Made by a program: the position numbers and the translations under genes | Assembly: GCA_951406725.2 (NCBI GenBank) | Contig: OX597822.1 | Span: 39,122,001 to 39,186,000 of the forward strand | Direction: 5' to 3' | Source of the DNA: Octopus vulgaris | Lineage: Eukaryota | DNA: 64,000 nucleotides | In this document: positions 1-11,904 of the stretch, one piece after another | How positions within the stretch are numbered: position 1 is the first letter of the stretch | How the letters are laid out: every line of letters begins with the position of its first letter | The notes under the pieces: generated by a model | What the model was told of the DNA's origin: nothing | Databases searched by the model: none | Seen by the model: only the letters and a program-made list of their open reading frames with translations

Positions 1-86
<86 letters not shown>
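1..86. repeat. (TA)n microsatellite
   Basis: Direct read. One of dozens of (TA)n tracts in the window. Confidence 0.99.
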
Positions 87-87
<1 letters not shown>

Positions 88-277
88 TTTATTTAAAATC
101 ACCAGAAATTCAACAAAACCTGTTACTCTGAGTTTCAACTGTCCGACGAACGGGAACGTGAAACTCAGAGTAACAGGTTTTGTTGAATTTCTGCTGCTTT
201 TAAATAAAGCATATTACTCTACCCCTGGTATTTGAGTAATTTTTTTCCACCTTGTTTCACATTTATGTGTTTACTCC

Positions 278-279
<2 letters not shown>
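87..279 (+). mobile_element. Penelope-type short element with inverted partial terminal repeat
   Basis: 51-bp inverted arms 87-137 and 159-209 (2 mismatches), (TA)n on both sides, contains a hammerhead motif. Same family as 17618-17695. Confidence 0.7.
139..176 (+). ncRNA. Minimal type I hammerhead ribozyme (U4C variant)
   Basis: Stem I ctgt/acag; core CCGACGA; stem II acg-ggaa-cgt; GAAA; stem III ACTC-a-GAGT; cleavage triplet GUA. Confidence 0.7.
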
Positions 280-345
<66 letters not shown>

Positions 346-494
346 TATGTATGTGTGAGTATATGTTTGTGAGTCTGTGTTTGTCCCCCCAACATCGCTT
401 GACAACCGCTGGTGGTGTGTTTACGTCCTCGTAACTTATATTCACATATATATGCGTGTATATTTATGCATATTATGTATATTCTTTATTCTTT

Positions 495-702
495 TCTGTT
501 ATTCTTTTGTTTGTTTCAGTCATTTGATTGCGGCCATGCTGGAGCACCACCTTTAGTCGAGCAAATCGACCCCAGGACTTATACTTTGTAAGCCTAGTAC
601 TTATTCTATCGGTTGCTTTTGCCGAACCGCTAAGTGACGGGGTCGTAAACACACCAGCATCGGTTGTCAAGCGATGTTGGGGGGACAAACACAGGCACAC
701 AA

Positions 703-748
<46 letters not shown>

Positions 749-916
749 AAGTATACGACGGGCTGCCTTCAGTATCCGTCTACCAAATCCACTTCCAAGG
801 CTTTGGTCGGCACGAGGCTATAGTAAAAGACACTTGCCCAAGGTGCCATGCAGTGGGACTGAACCCGGAACCATGTGGTTGGTAAGCAAGCTACTTACCA
901 CACAGCCACACCTGCA
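495..916 (-). mobile_element. tRNA-derived SINE, family A (CORE-like), near full length
   Basis: Head GGTGTGGCTGTGTGGTAAG...GGGTTCAGTCCC (A/B boxes), ACCTTGGGCAAGTG core-like block, internal microsatellite, tail ...GACTGAAACAA. More than 10 further copies in the window. Confidence 0.85.
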
Positions 917-982
917 CCTATGTCTGTCTGTCTGTATGTATGTAAGCATGCATGTATGTAAGTATGTATGTATGTATGTATG

Positions 983-1013
<31 letters not shown>

Positions 1014-1041
1014 GCATGCATGTATGTATGTATTATGTATG

Positions 1042-1075
<34 letters not shown>

Positions 1076-1198
1076 TGTATGTATGTATGTATGTATGTAT
1101 GCATGTATGTATGTATATATAAACACAAACACATACATATACATGTATGCCTACATGCCCATGTCCATACATATTTTGCATTGATATATATTTATATA

Positions 1199-1425
1199 CA
1201 GGGCGCGGCAGAACGGTTGTCCTGGTTTCAAAGGTTAAGGAAAAAATAAACGCATGAAGATACAAGAAAAAGCAATGCTCTCCACTCCAGGCCATGTTTG
1301 GTACTACCTGAAACAGAAAAGAAAATGTAATGGCATTTAATGAAGTTCATAGAAATACAAAGTTTTTTCATGCATCTTCTTTTTATTAACCTTTGAAATC
1401 GGGGTAGCCTTTCTGCCGCACCCTT
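1199..1425. mobile_element. Tc1/mariner-type MITE
   Basis: Imperfect ~40-bp TIRs CAGGGCGCGGCAGAA.../...TTCTGCCGCACCCTT, flanked by TA. Confidence 0.7.
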
Positions 1426-1623
1426 TATAAATGCGTACATATGAATGTTCTTCATAGAAGTGTTTCAGATCTGTTGAAGTTAAGCCGACATAATTTTCCA
1501 TACCATTAACTTCAGGGTATGAGTGTGCGTGTGCGCGTGTGTATGCAGAGACTGTGTTGAGTTTACATCTTATTTCCACGTACACACACACACACACACA
1601 CACAAACGCATATACACACAGGT

Positions 1624-1897
1624 GCAGGCGTGGCTGTGTGGTAAGAAGGTTGCTTCCTAACCACATGGTTCTGGGTTCAGTCCTTCTGTGTGGCACCAAA
1701 GGCAAGTGTCTTCTACTATAGCTTCGGGCCGACCAGAGTCTTGTGAATGGATTTGGTAGACGGAAAATGAAAGCCCGTCGTACACACACACACATGGAGG
1801 GGCCAATTCATTCGCGTAAAAAAAAAAACAACCTCTTCAAAAACATGTCCCAGCATGGCCGCAGTCTAATGACTGAAACAAGTAAACGATAAAAGAT
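1624..1897 (+). mobile_element. SINE family A, internally deleted copy
   Basis: Head and tail match 495-916. Confidence 0.75.
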
Positions 1898-2265
1898 CGT
1901 AACACCAGCATTCAATCCAATTGACCTGATTAAATTTTCAAACATACAAGATATTCCGTTAGAAATAAATAATCTCAGAGAATCTGGTATAGGACACTTG
2001 CATAAAGGGGCCGAAATTTAAATGATCGTATTTTGCCGTAAAATTTCTTCCAAGCGGACGACATACGTTTTCCAAGTATTCGGTCATCCTATAAATAATG
2101 CGATTTTTTCAATTGCATGAATTAAAAGACGGAGGGGGGGGGGGGGGATAAACTACCTGCATCAATTTGCTATAAAAGCAGGTGGTAACTTTGTCTTGTC
2201 CTTATTCTTAGTGCAAGTTTTTAAGAGTGCAGTTCGATTTTAAAAGTTATAGTTTTTAAGCTATA

Positions 2266-2909
2266 ATGGAAGTGACAAAAGAGCATATTCGGCATATTTA
2301 TAAGTTCAATGAAGGCAACAATGCAATGGAAAGTGCGAAGAATATTAATGCAGTATATGGGGATCGGACAATAAGTGTAAGCCAGTATCAATGGTAGTTT
2401 CAGAAATTCCGAGCCGGAAGCTACAGCCTAGAAGACAAGCCTCATCCTGGAAGATCTGTCGAGCTCGACGAGGATGTCCTGCAAATCCTTGTAGAAGAAA
2501 ATGCCATCGCAACTGTTGAGGAACTAGAAGAGAAGCTTGGGTTTGGTCATTCAACAATTCATTGACACCAGCACTAGAAGAAAAACGACCATTCTTTGGT
2601 TTCAAGACGAAAGGTGTTCTTCTATCAGGATAATACTCGGTCACACAGCAAGGATGACATTCCAAAAGCTGGAGCAATTTGAATAATAAACGATTCCCCA
2701 GCCACAAGATTCGTCGGACATTGCCCCATCTGATTATCACTTATTCCGCAGTCTTCGAAACTATTTGGGCGGAAAAAATATGAATTCTGAAGACGAGGTG
2801 AGAACAGTACTGGAGGAGTATTTTTCGTCATGGACAAGTGAATTTGGGAAGAGGGGCCTTGGATTGGAAGAGCATGGTAAAAAATGAAGGAAAGTATATT
2901 TTAGATTAA
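2266..2909 (+). pseudogene. mariner transposase pseudogene (internal deletion, stops)
   Basis: Translates MEVTKEHIRHI..GNNAMESAKNINAVYG...FQKFRAGSYSLEDKPHPGR (HTH region), then QDNTRSH...DIAPSDYHLFRSL (mariner HDNARPH and YSPDLAPSDYHLF-like motifs). Confidence 0.9.
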
Positions 2910-3406
2910 AAAAGAACTTTGTTTATCTTAATTTATCGACTCCGAAAGGATGAAAGGCAAAGTCGGCCTCGGCGGAATTTGAACTCAGAACGTAGCGACA
3001 GACGAAATACCTATTTCTTTACTACCCATTTCGCCCAGCGTGCTAGCGTTTCTGCCAGCTCAACGCCTTATGACCCAATATATTGCTGTCGTGCAGTGGT
3101 CCTCGGCTGCTGTCCACATGACCCTTGCGGGTCCAGTTAAGATTTTGTTGTTAAAATGTATGGATAATAAATTGCATTTTTTTACTATAATATCTTTTAT
3201 CTTTTAATTGTTTCAGTCTGTGGCCATACTGGAGCACTGCCTTGAAGAATGTTTAGTGGAAGGAATCGACCTCTGTACTACTTTTTGCTTTTCAAGCCTG
3301 GCACTTATTCTATCGGTCGCTTTTTCCGAACCGCAAAGTTACGGGGATGAAACACACCAGCACCAGTTATCAAGCAGTTGTGGGGCGCAAACATAGACAC
3401 AAAGAT

Positions 3407-3440
<34 letters not shown>

Positions 3441-3506
3441 GCGCGCGCGCACACACACACACACATACACACACACACGCACGTACACTCATATACAGAT
3501 ATACAG

Positions 3507-3561
<55 letters not shown>

Positions 3562-3564
3562 TGT

Positions 3565-3900
3565 GAAGGCGCGTGGCTCAGTGGTTAGAGCATCGAGCTT
3601 ACGATCGTGAGGTTGTGAGTTTGAATCCCGGACCGGGCTGCGTGTTGTGTTCTTGAGCAAGACACTTTACCTCACGTTGCTCCGGTTCACTCAGCTGTAG
3701 AAATGAGTTGCGACGTCACAGGTGCCAAGCTGTATCGGCCCTTGCCTTTCCCTTGGACAACATCGGTGACGTGGAAAGGGGAGGCCGGTATGCATGGGCG
3801 ACTGCTGGCCTTCCATAAAAAACAACATTGCCCAGACCTGTGCCTCAGAGGGTAACTCTCTAGGTGCAAACCCATGGTCAGTGTCTGACCGAAGGGGGTC
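3565..3900 (+). mobile_element. tRNA-derived SINE, family B
   Basis: A box TGGCTCAGTGG, B-box-like GAGTTTGAATCC, block GTTCTTGAGCAAGACACTT. Second copy at 15137-15467. Confidence 0.85.
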
Positions 3901-3911
3901 ACCATATCACC

Positions 3912-3945
<34 letters not shown>

Positions 3946-3947
3946 GC

Positions 3948-3984
<37 letters not shown>

Positions 3985-4115
3985 CTGCTCGCTTAGCCAG
4001 CGGGGTGGCGTCATTTGAAGGCTAAAACAATGCGAAGCGCATTGTGACCAGCGATGTGTAGCAACATCTGATAGCCTGGTCGGTCACGGTGATCACGGTG
4101 ATATATATATGTATG

Positions 4116-4193
<78 letters not shown>

Positions 4194-4194
<1 letters not shown>

Positions 4195-4522
4195 TAGACT
4201 TACTACCCAGCGTTGCCCGGTAAAGTATTCACGGAATTACTTGCCAGTTTGTAGAATGGGAATTCACGGCACTTATGCCTGTATATCTATTTAACCTAAC
4301 TTCTGGACTTATTTAATTGAAACTATCCAAACAATATTAATCAATGAGTAGAAGTTTATTTTAAACAATTTTTATCTTGAAAATCACTTTTTACTTTTGA
4401 GGGAGAAAGCGAAAGCTGTATGAAAGTGTATATGAAATGGACGTGTGTGTGTGAGAGAGAGAAAAAGAAAGAGAGAAAGTGCCACTTACACATACACAAG
4501 AACACTCACATTCATTCACTCA

Positions 4523-4556
<34 letters not shown>

Positions 4557-5180
4557 TGCACACGTACATACAAAAAAGATGTACGTATACATGACAACGC
4601 ACCCCTTCACTCACTCTCTTTCTCTTCTCCCCTCTCTCTCCCCCGCTTTCACACACACACGTCCATTTCATATACGCGTACATATATCTTTTACTTTCTC
4701 CTCTCTGACTTTAAAACAAAAGTAATTAAATAATTTTTTTTTCGGAAATGAACGAACTCCGGATGATGAAATCACATCCAGTTAAAAATATTTTTAAATG
4801 ATTAAATAATTGTGTACGTTAGAAAGCCGACGTTTCTTTTTCTCAGAGAGCACGAGGACAATGTGTAGGTATATGTCACAGATAATGAACGTGTATTTGT
4901 GTTGACTGACACGCCATGACATCCATTGTATGTGTATGTATTCTGTATGTGTATGTGTGTTGACGTTACGGAAGCAATGTTTATTTTTTCGACAAGAAAT
5001 TACAAACAGAAATTGTGTTTAATCGTTATCCTTAATAAATAGGGTCCTAAATATCACAAAAATGTGTACTGCACTGCCGAAGGTATGTAAATAAATGTTA
5101 AAAAAATTAAGATAAAATTTACTATTTCTGAGATATTTCAGTTACACACAAACATCCCTATAGTTTTAGCATTATCAAGA
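4194..5180 (-). mobile_element. Non-autonomous Helitron
   Basis: On the minus strand it starts TC (5180), ends with hairpin CCGGGCAACGCTGGG then CTAG (4194), and sits between A and T. Confidence 0.65.
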
Positions 5181-5526
5181 TATATATATATATACACGAC
5201 GGGCTTCTTTTCTATTTCCGTCTACCATATTCATTCACTAAGCTTTGGTCGGCATGAGGCTGTAGTATAGGACACTTGCGCAAAGTGCCACGCAGTGGAA
5301 CTGAACCCGGAACCATGTGGTTGACAAGCAACCTCTTTACCACATAACCACGCCTGCGCTTGTAATATACAAATTATTTTTTAAATGATTTTAAATACTA
5401 TTCTTAATGATGTTTAATTTAATAAAAATTTAAAAAGGATTTCTTTTTAAACATGTACATGATATGAGGGTCCATTTCTATTTAGGTGTCAACGATCCAT
5501 ATGTAAAAAATGGTTTGAAATCACTG

Positions 5527-5564
5527 CTAGAGAAGGCTGTTTAAAAATCTTTGCAATATAAGTT
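5527..5564 (-). CDS. C-type lectin gene, probable terminal coding exon (KLILQRFLNSLL*)
   Basis: TTTAG acceptor after a ~530-nt polypyrimidine tract. Phase 1 compatible, stop TAG at 5529-5527. The gene could instead splice to an exon elsewhere. Confidence 0.55.
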
Positions 5565-6020
5565 CTAAAGAGAGAAAGAGAGAAAGAGAGAAAGAGAGAA
5601 AGAGAGAAAGAGAGGGAGACAGAGAGAGGGGGAGTGAGAGAGAGGGTGTGAGAGAGAGACAGAGAAACTCAGAGAGAGAGAGCGAGAAAGAAGAAAGAAA
5701 GAGAGAAAGAGAGAGAGGGAGAGAGAAAAAGCGATAAAGAAAGAGACGGAGAGAGATGGGAGAGAGAAAGAAAGAAAGAGAAAGAGAGAGAAAGAGAGAG
5801 AAAGAAAGATAGAGAGGAGGAGAGAAATGGGGAGAGAGGGGTAGAGAAAGAAAGAAAGAATGAGAGTGGAAGAGAGGAAGAAAGAAAGACAGAAAGAAAG
5901 AGAGGGAGTGAAAGAGAAGGAGAGAGGAAGAAAGAAAGAGTGAGAGAGAAAGAAAGAGAGAGGGAGAGAGAAAGCGGGAGAGAGATGAGAGATACTGAGG
6001 GAAAGACAAGTAAAGAAAGT

Positions 6021-6078
<58 letters not shown>

Positions 6079-6090
6079 GAGAAAAAGAGA
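5565..6090. repeat. GA-rich low-complexity tract (polypyrimidine in lectin intron 3)
   Basis: Direct read. Confidence 0.95.
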
Positions 6091-6119
6091 AAATCGGGAA
6101 AATAGGGGGTTGAGCATAC

Positions 6120-6331
6120 TTGATTCGCATACGACTTCCCCATAAGCAGTAGAACATCCACGGTCACGCCATGACTTGCCGGCTTGAACTTTAGATGTGG
6201 AGCATGGTTCACTCGATGAATCGGATATCTCCCCGCTCATCCAGTTTCGCCAGGTTGTCGTTTCCTTTGTCATCCACGTCCAGCCACCAGCTCTCTGAGT
6301 TGTGAGGAAACCCATCCAAAATTCAGCTGAC
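6120..6331 (-). CDS. C-type lectin gene, coding exon 3 (C-half of CTLD: SAEFWMGFLTTQRAGGWTWMTKETTTWRNWMSGEISDSSSEPCSTSKVQAGKSWRDRGCSTAYGEVVCES)
   Basis: Acceptor CTTCACGCAG|, donor A|GTATGC. Motifs: WMG (WIG-like), WxW, NW..GE, C, WRD..C, VCE. 212 nt; phase 2 in matches exon 2 (AG+G = Arg). Confidence 0.9.
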
Positions 6332-6369
6332 CTGCGTGAAGGATCATGGCGAAGAGAATAGTGAATTGG

Positions 6370-6506
6370 ATGACGATAATGACGATGATGATGATGAGGA
6401 CGACGATGATGACGATGACGATGACGATGATGACGATGATGACAATGATGATCACGATGATGATGATGATGATGATTACGATGATGATGATGATGATGAT
6501 GATGAC

Positions 6507-6538
<32 letters not shown>

Positions 6539-6817
6539 CGACGACGACGATGGTGATGATGATGATGATGAGGATAATGATGATGATGATGATGATGATG
6601 ACGATGCTGATGATGATGATGACGATGATGATGATGATGGTGATGACGATGAAGATGATGATGATGAGGATAATGATGATGATGATGATGACGACGACGA
6701 TGATGATGACGATGATGACAACGACGACGACGATGATGATGATGATGATGATAATTGAAGATGATTATGATGATGATGATGATGGTGACGACGACGACGA
6801 CGATGGTGGTGGTGGTT
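6370..6817. repeat. (GAT/GAC)n microsatellite
   Basis: Direct read. Gives spurious poly-Asp, poly-Met and poly-Ser ORFs. Confidence 0.97.
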
Positions 6818-7027
6818 TATGAAAAGAGTGAAAAGTTCTGGTATTGCGGAGGTTATGCGCATTGTTTAGCTGTAGTTGATGTGAAAGATGAAAGACGTTT
6901 CCATTGTGACCACCTTGGATATCTATAAAGACTTCATCCTGCAGTGGTCCGTACGGTTCCTATAATAAGTTGCTAAGATATCCGGTTGTAAGTATTTTGC
7001 CGCCATTTCTAGTAGCGCGAACGACTA

Positions 7028-7126
7028 TGTATGTGCGTATGTGTGTGTGTGTGTATGTATGCATGTGTGTAAATATGTTTGTGTTTGCATGTGTGTGTGT
7101 ATAATATATGTATGTGTATGAATGTA

Positions 7127-7171
<45 letters not shown>

Positions 7172-8340
7172 CTATATGTATGTATGTGTGTATGTATGTA
7201 TGTATGTATGTATATGTATACGTATGTATGTAAGCATGTGCATGTATGCATGTATGTGTGTGTATGTGTGTGAATGCATGTATGTATGTGTGTATGTATG
7301 TTTGTGTATGTATGAATGTATGTGTGTGTGTATGTATGTATATATGTATTTGTGTGTGTTTGTATGCATGTATATGTGTGAGTATGTATGTATGTACGTA
7401 TGTGTGTATGTCTGTGTATGTACATTTGTATGTGTGTGTATGTATGTATATGTACATTTGTATGTGTGTGTATGTATGTATATGTATATGTGTGTATATG
7501 TATGTATGGATGTGTGTGTGTGTATGTATGTATGTGTGTGTGTATGTATGTGTGTATATGTATGTATGCGTGTGTGTGTGTATTTATGTATGTATATATG
7601 TGTGTGTATGTGTATGTATGTGTGTGTATATGTATGTATGTATGTATGTATATATGTGTGTCTGAATATGTATATATATGCATATATGTATGTGTCTGTA
7701 TGTGTATGTATGCGTGAGTATGTGTGTGTACAAATGCATGTATGTGTATGTATGTGTGTGTATGCATGAACGTGGGAAATAAAGAAATAGTACGCATGAA
7801 CGAGGAAGTATGCATGTATGTATGTAGGTATGTATGTATGTATGTATGTATGTATGTATGTATTTATGTATGTATGTATGTGTGTGTATGTATGTATTAC
7901 TGATGCATTATGTAGTTACGTACGGCAATGTACCGAAACTCGTCTATGTTTTACAAAGTATTGAATACTATACCTGCTTTCTATCTTTTTTTAATACTGG
8001 GCCTACATACATACATACATACATACATACATACATACATACATACATACATACATACATACATACATACATAATACATACATGCATACATACATTCACA
8101 CATCCGTACGTACATCCACACACGTATATACATGTATACATACAAACATACAGACACACACATACGTACGTAGATACATGCATACATACGTACATACATG
8201 CACACATACGTACGTACGTACATACAGACACATACATACATGCATACATTCATACGTATGCATAAGTATCTTTATGTATGTATGTATGTATGTATGTATG
8301 TATGTATGTATGTATGAAAGAATGTATATGTGTGTATGAA
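7028..8340. repeat. Degenerate (TATG/TG)n and (CATA)n microsatellite field
   Basis: Direct read. Confidence 0.9.
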
Positions 8341-8635
8341 TACATGATAAAGTTACGAAAGACACAAGATGCATTTTATACCATTTGTTTCCATATTTAT
8401 ATCACTGGTTATGGTATATCTCTGGTGAAAATAGTTGCAACGGTTTCATGTAGACTATTGCGCTCGGTACTATTGACCACTCTTCGGACACGGTAGTTGG
8501 AAGCGCATAATCTCTTATATGCTAGAGGTAAAGATACTGTCCACGTTTGCCTTCTGATGACAAACGAAAAAGTGCTGAAATATTTCACAGGAGAAAAGAA
8601 GTTGCCTTCCGCTCTGGTTGGAGCATGTCCGCTGT

Positions 8636-9385
8636 CTATGTGAATATACTTTTCTGTCTCTCGTCTGAAGAACAAGACGACGACAACGTTGCTAAAGCGA
8701 CTTTCACTCGATAAGAATAGTAGCGCAATAATTCACTTTCTGAGTTCAGTAAGATATCTGGATCATGTGAATATTTTGAGACTGATTCTCCTCTCATCCA
8801 AGCAAGGCTTGTAACTTCTACTTCCATTTAGATATGGCCCCGGCTGTTCTCGTAGGATGGCCCTCAATAAGCATAACTAAAGAGTATCGTTCAGCTGTGC
8901 GCCTCGTATGAAAAAAGGTTTTAGTGAACTCCCAAAAGCCTCGCGAAGAGTTTAATGTGTAACGTTAACAGTGAGTGCCCAGTTCAATGGAAAACAACAG
9001 ATGGACGCACATACGAAAAACGTTAGGTCAGCGGAGGGTCTCTTTAACGCCAGGCTAAACAATAACAGATCCTCTTTCAGATTCCAATTGGAAAGCGTTG
9101 TTATAATATTAGTCAGCTATATATGACGATTAAAAGAGAAGGGAACGCTGTATAAAATCAACTGTAAACTGCTGGGACAGCCTGGGCTATATCTGAATGG
9201 AAGTATACGTTATAAACTTTGCTTGGCCGAGAGGAGATCAGTGTAAAGATTTCACATGATACGAGTGACTTCCTGAACGTTAAAAGCGAAATATTTCGTT
9301 ACTATCCCCATGAAAAGAGATTCAGTTTGCAACGTGGTCGCTCCCTTATTTTTTTTTTAACAAGAAACAGAAAAAATTTATACAC
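8636..9385. mobile_element. Old, diverged foldback/MITE-like element
   Basis: 8636-8855 is an imperfect reverse complement of 9172-9385 (e.g. CTTCCATTTAGATATGGCCCCGGCTGT vs ACAGCCTGGGCTATATCTGAATGGAAG). Confidence 0.5.
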
Positions 9386-10093
9386 ACGGACAACACACAA
9401 CATGTTTTCGTTCTGGTTCTGGTTCTTTTCTGTTTGGTTACTGCTCGAATTGATTTCATATTCGGTGTAATGACATAGTTTTGTCTGCTAATCACTCCCT
9501 TGAAATTAATTTTCGCAACAAATCAATAAATAAAGAGTTATTAGCTTTTAAAGTTTGGAAATTTTGGTAATTTTAGCCAATCGTAAGCCACAGACACATT
9601 CATGCCTGTTTCCACAGTAAGAAGCCAAGCACGAGAATTCTTTTGTCTGCGAGGGAGCACGTGTTGACAAATATATTCCACTCATTAAGGGAGTCGTCAG
9701 ACGTGCTAAAAATAACAGCCAAATAGGCCTTAAATCCCGCACCAAAAATGTTCTGTTTATTTTTGGATAATCGCATGAATTCCTGTGTGTAGAATACAAA
9801 TAATGCAGATCGATAGTTTGTACTTTTACTTCGTTATTCAATATTGAACTACTTCACCAGGAAAACTGCGGAGAAATGGTATCATAAGCTAATTTCTCTA
9901 GACAGAGAGACAGACAGATCGCTTGCTCGATATAAGAATGATAGAACAGCTTGGATGTCATGTTACTCCTCCTAAGTGTGTTAAGTGCCGCTATCTTTCT
10001 TTTCTGCGCTTGGATGATTTAGCGATTCGCTAATGTGTATATATAAAATAAATATAAACAGCAGTTGGCAATGTTTCACCAAAATGGAGAATT

Positions 10094-10385
10094 ACAAATG
10101 TCCCTAAATGTGACCAAGGTGTTAGGAAACACCTACACTATTAGAAATAAGAGTCCGTAAAGAGTCAAACAATCGAGCGGTCTTAACTGATAAGGCAACG
10201 GAAATTGCCGAAACAGACTCGTCAGAATTAAGAATTCTCGATCGGCACTTTTCGTACGATTATGGTCCCTATTAGTGTATATGTTTTCATTCATGTGCTT
10301 TAACTATAGCATTAGAGCGGTTTAGTTCTTATTTCTAGCAATGTAGGTGTTTCCTAACACCCTAGTCACATTTAGCGACATTTGT
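10094..10385 (+). mobile_element. Penelope-type element with 59-bp inverted arms and decayed hammerhead (10181-10233)
   Basis: Arms 10094-10152 and 10327-10385. Motif tcttaa-CTGATAA-ggcaa-cggaaa-ttgcc-GAAAC-agactc-GTC-agaattaaga. Confidence 0.65.
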
Positions 10386-10390
10386 GTGCG

Positions 10391-10422
<32 letters not shown>

Positions 10423-10423
10423 C

Positions 10424-10647
10424 TTTATTTGTGTATTAAGGTTACCATTAGTTTCATGTTAAGAAAATATCTTAATATCATAACAATTTTTCAAGCCGAT
10501 CACATGAGGGAATGATATTCCGGCCTGAAAATTTGTTCAGATATTAAGGTTTCTTAATATGAAGCCAACGGTAGCCTTAATACACAAATAAAAAAATTTA
10601 TTCACCAATGCAGTGTTCAGCACTCATTCTTGTCGTTCGACGTTTTC

Positions 10648-10648
<1 letters not shown>
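10424..10648 (+). mobile_element. Penelope-type foldback with decayed hammerhead
   Basis: Imperfect arms 10424-10498 and 10521-10592. Motif ggc-CTGAAAA...GAAG-CCaacGG-TA-gcc. 3' part is similar to 59170-59265. TA-flanked. Confidence 0.55.
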
Positions 10649-10718
<70 letters not shown>

Positions 10719-10721
<3 letters not shown>

Positions 10722-10781
10722 GAGCTGACGAAAGAAATGCTGATTTTATTTGGCTAATCTTGAAACGTTGACGTACTCAAA
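10719..10781 (+). ncRNA. Type I hammerhead ribozyme, intact core
   Basis: Stem I tttgag/ctcaaa; CTGACGA; stem II aaga...tctt; GAAA; stem III ACGT-tg-ACGT; predicted GUA cleavage after 10775. Confidence 0.85.
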
Positions 10782-11283
10782 CGATCTATGTACTTGTGAT
10801 ATTTTTCTGTATTTACCTCCAAACCTTCGTGAGCTGTCTGGAGTAAACATTATCTGAGAGAAATTTTCTTTAAGTAGTAGAAATGGCTAAAAAATTTTTT
10901 TTTTTTTGGCTGCTATTTCTACTAAGTCCAGTATGTGGCAAAGTAATTTATTTTACTAAGCCCTAATTATATAATGTAATATTTTGAATTCGCCTTAAAT
11001 GGTCCTTTTACATACTGAACACTTGGTGAAATTGATTAATTAATTTTACCCTCAATTGTTGATATTATAATTCATTTCTCTCTGTCATACTGCCTTGGTT
11101 CTCGCGGTTAAAATATAATGTTTGCTAGATAGACCACGTGGGTGGAAAAGGTTTGCAGAGATTTACGCCTGCGCATTTTGAATTTGTTGGCACTAGCAGT
11201 TGGAGCTGGTTCATTTGAAGCGACAAGTTCGCCAAGAGGTAAAGTTCCTTCTTTTTAGTGTTTCCAAATCCAAATTAATAAAT

Positions 11284-11346
11284 TTTGAGCTGACGAAAGA
11301 AATGCTGATTTTATTTGGCTAATCTTGAAACGTTGACGTACTCAAA
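11284..11346 (+). ncRNA. Type I hammerhead ribozyme, intact core (identical second copy)
   Basis: Identical to 10719-10781. Predicted cleavage after 11340. Confidence 0.85.
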
Positions 11347-11529
11347 CGATCTATGTACTTGTGATATTTTTCTGTATTTACCTCCAAACCTTCGTGAGCT
11401 GTCTGGAGTAAACATTATCTGAGAGAAATTTTCTTTAAGTAGTAGAAATGGCTAAAAAAATTTTTTTTTGGCTGCTATTTCTACTAAGTCCAGTATGTGG
11501 CAAAGTAATTTATTTTACTAAGCCCTAAT

Positions 11530-11600
<71 letters not shown>

Positions 11601-11829
11601 TATAAAGGAATTCAAAAAATGGGACAAGAACGCAAAAGATCCAGACATCTAGATGATACAAAAAAGGGACAAGAAAAAACACGGACGGGTCATTTGAAGT
11701 TTTCTTTCCTCAGTCGAGTTCCAGACTATTTTTGCAATTTCGGCTGGTTATACTTGAGATTGATCTAATCTGGCCAGCCCAAGGATAAACTAAGCTAAGG
11801 TACTAGATTCTTTGGAAGAAAGCAGCGAA

Positions 11830-11904
<75 letters not shown>

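Larger units (their letters stand above)
3195..5360 (-). mobile_element. SINE family A split by nested insertions
   Basis: Tail half at 3195-3405 and head half at 5197-5360 in the same orientation. A SINE B, a SINE tail and a Helitron lie in its internal microsatellite. Confidence 0.6.
10716..11537 (+). mobile_element. Retrozyme-like / non-autonomous Penelope element: two ~260-bp direct repeats, each with a hammerhead, around ~305 bp non-coding spacer
   Basis: 10716-10975 equals 11281-11537 apart from an A/T homopolymer length. (TA)n on both flanks. Confidence 0.85.

Noticed and set aside
1862-1890. SINE tail stem-loop followed by GAAACAAGTA resembling a half hammerhead
   Set aside because: No CUGANGA box in any copy. 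More likely a LINE-type 3' recognition stem-loop.
6336-6862. Poly-Asp, poly-Met and poly-Ser ORFs suggesting an acidic biomineralisation protein
   Set aside because: Pure (GAT/GAC)n microsatellite inside the lectin intron, open in several frames, with no signal peptide or unique sequence.
6820-6960. Open minus-strand frame after a TTATAG acceptor-like site within lectin intron 2
   Set aside because: Would interrupt the CTLD, has no convincing donor, and shows no recognisable protein similarity.
8550-8600. CTGATGA...GAAA hammerhead-like string
   Set aside because: Stems I-III cannot be formed convincingly.
9656-9706. Minus-strand gcacgt-CTGACGA...GAAT...GTC-aac-acgtgc
   Set aside because: GAAA box is altered and helices are out of register. 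It may be a relic but is not supportable.
11680-11718. Minus-strand CTGAGGA-aag-aaaa-ctt-CAAA...GTC
   Set aside because: G12 is missing and stem I is mismatched. Too weak to call.
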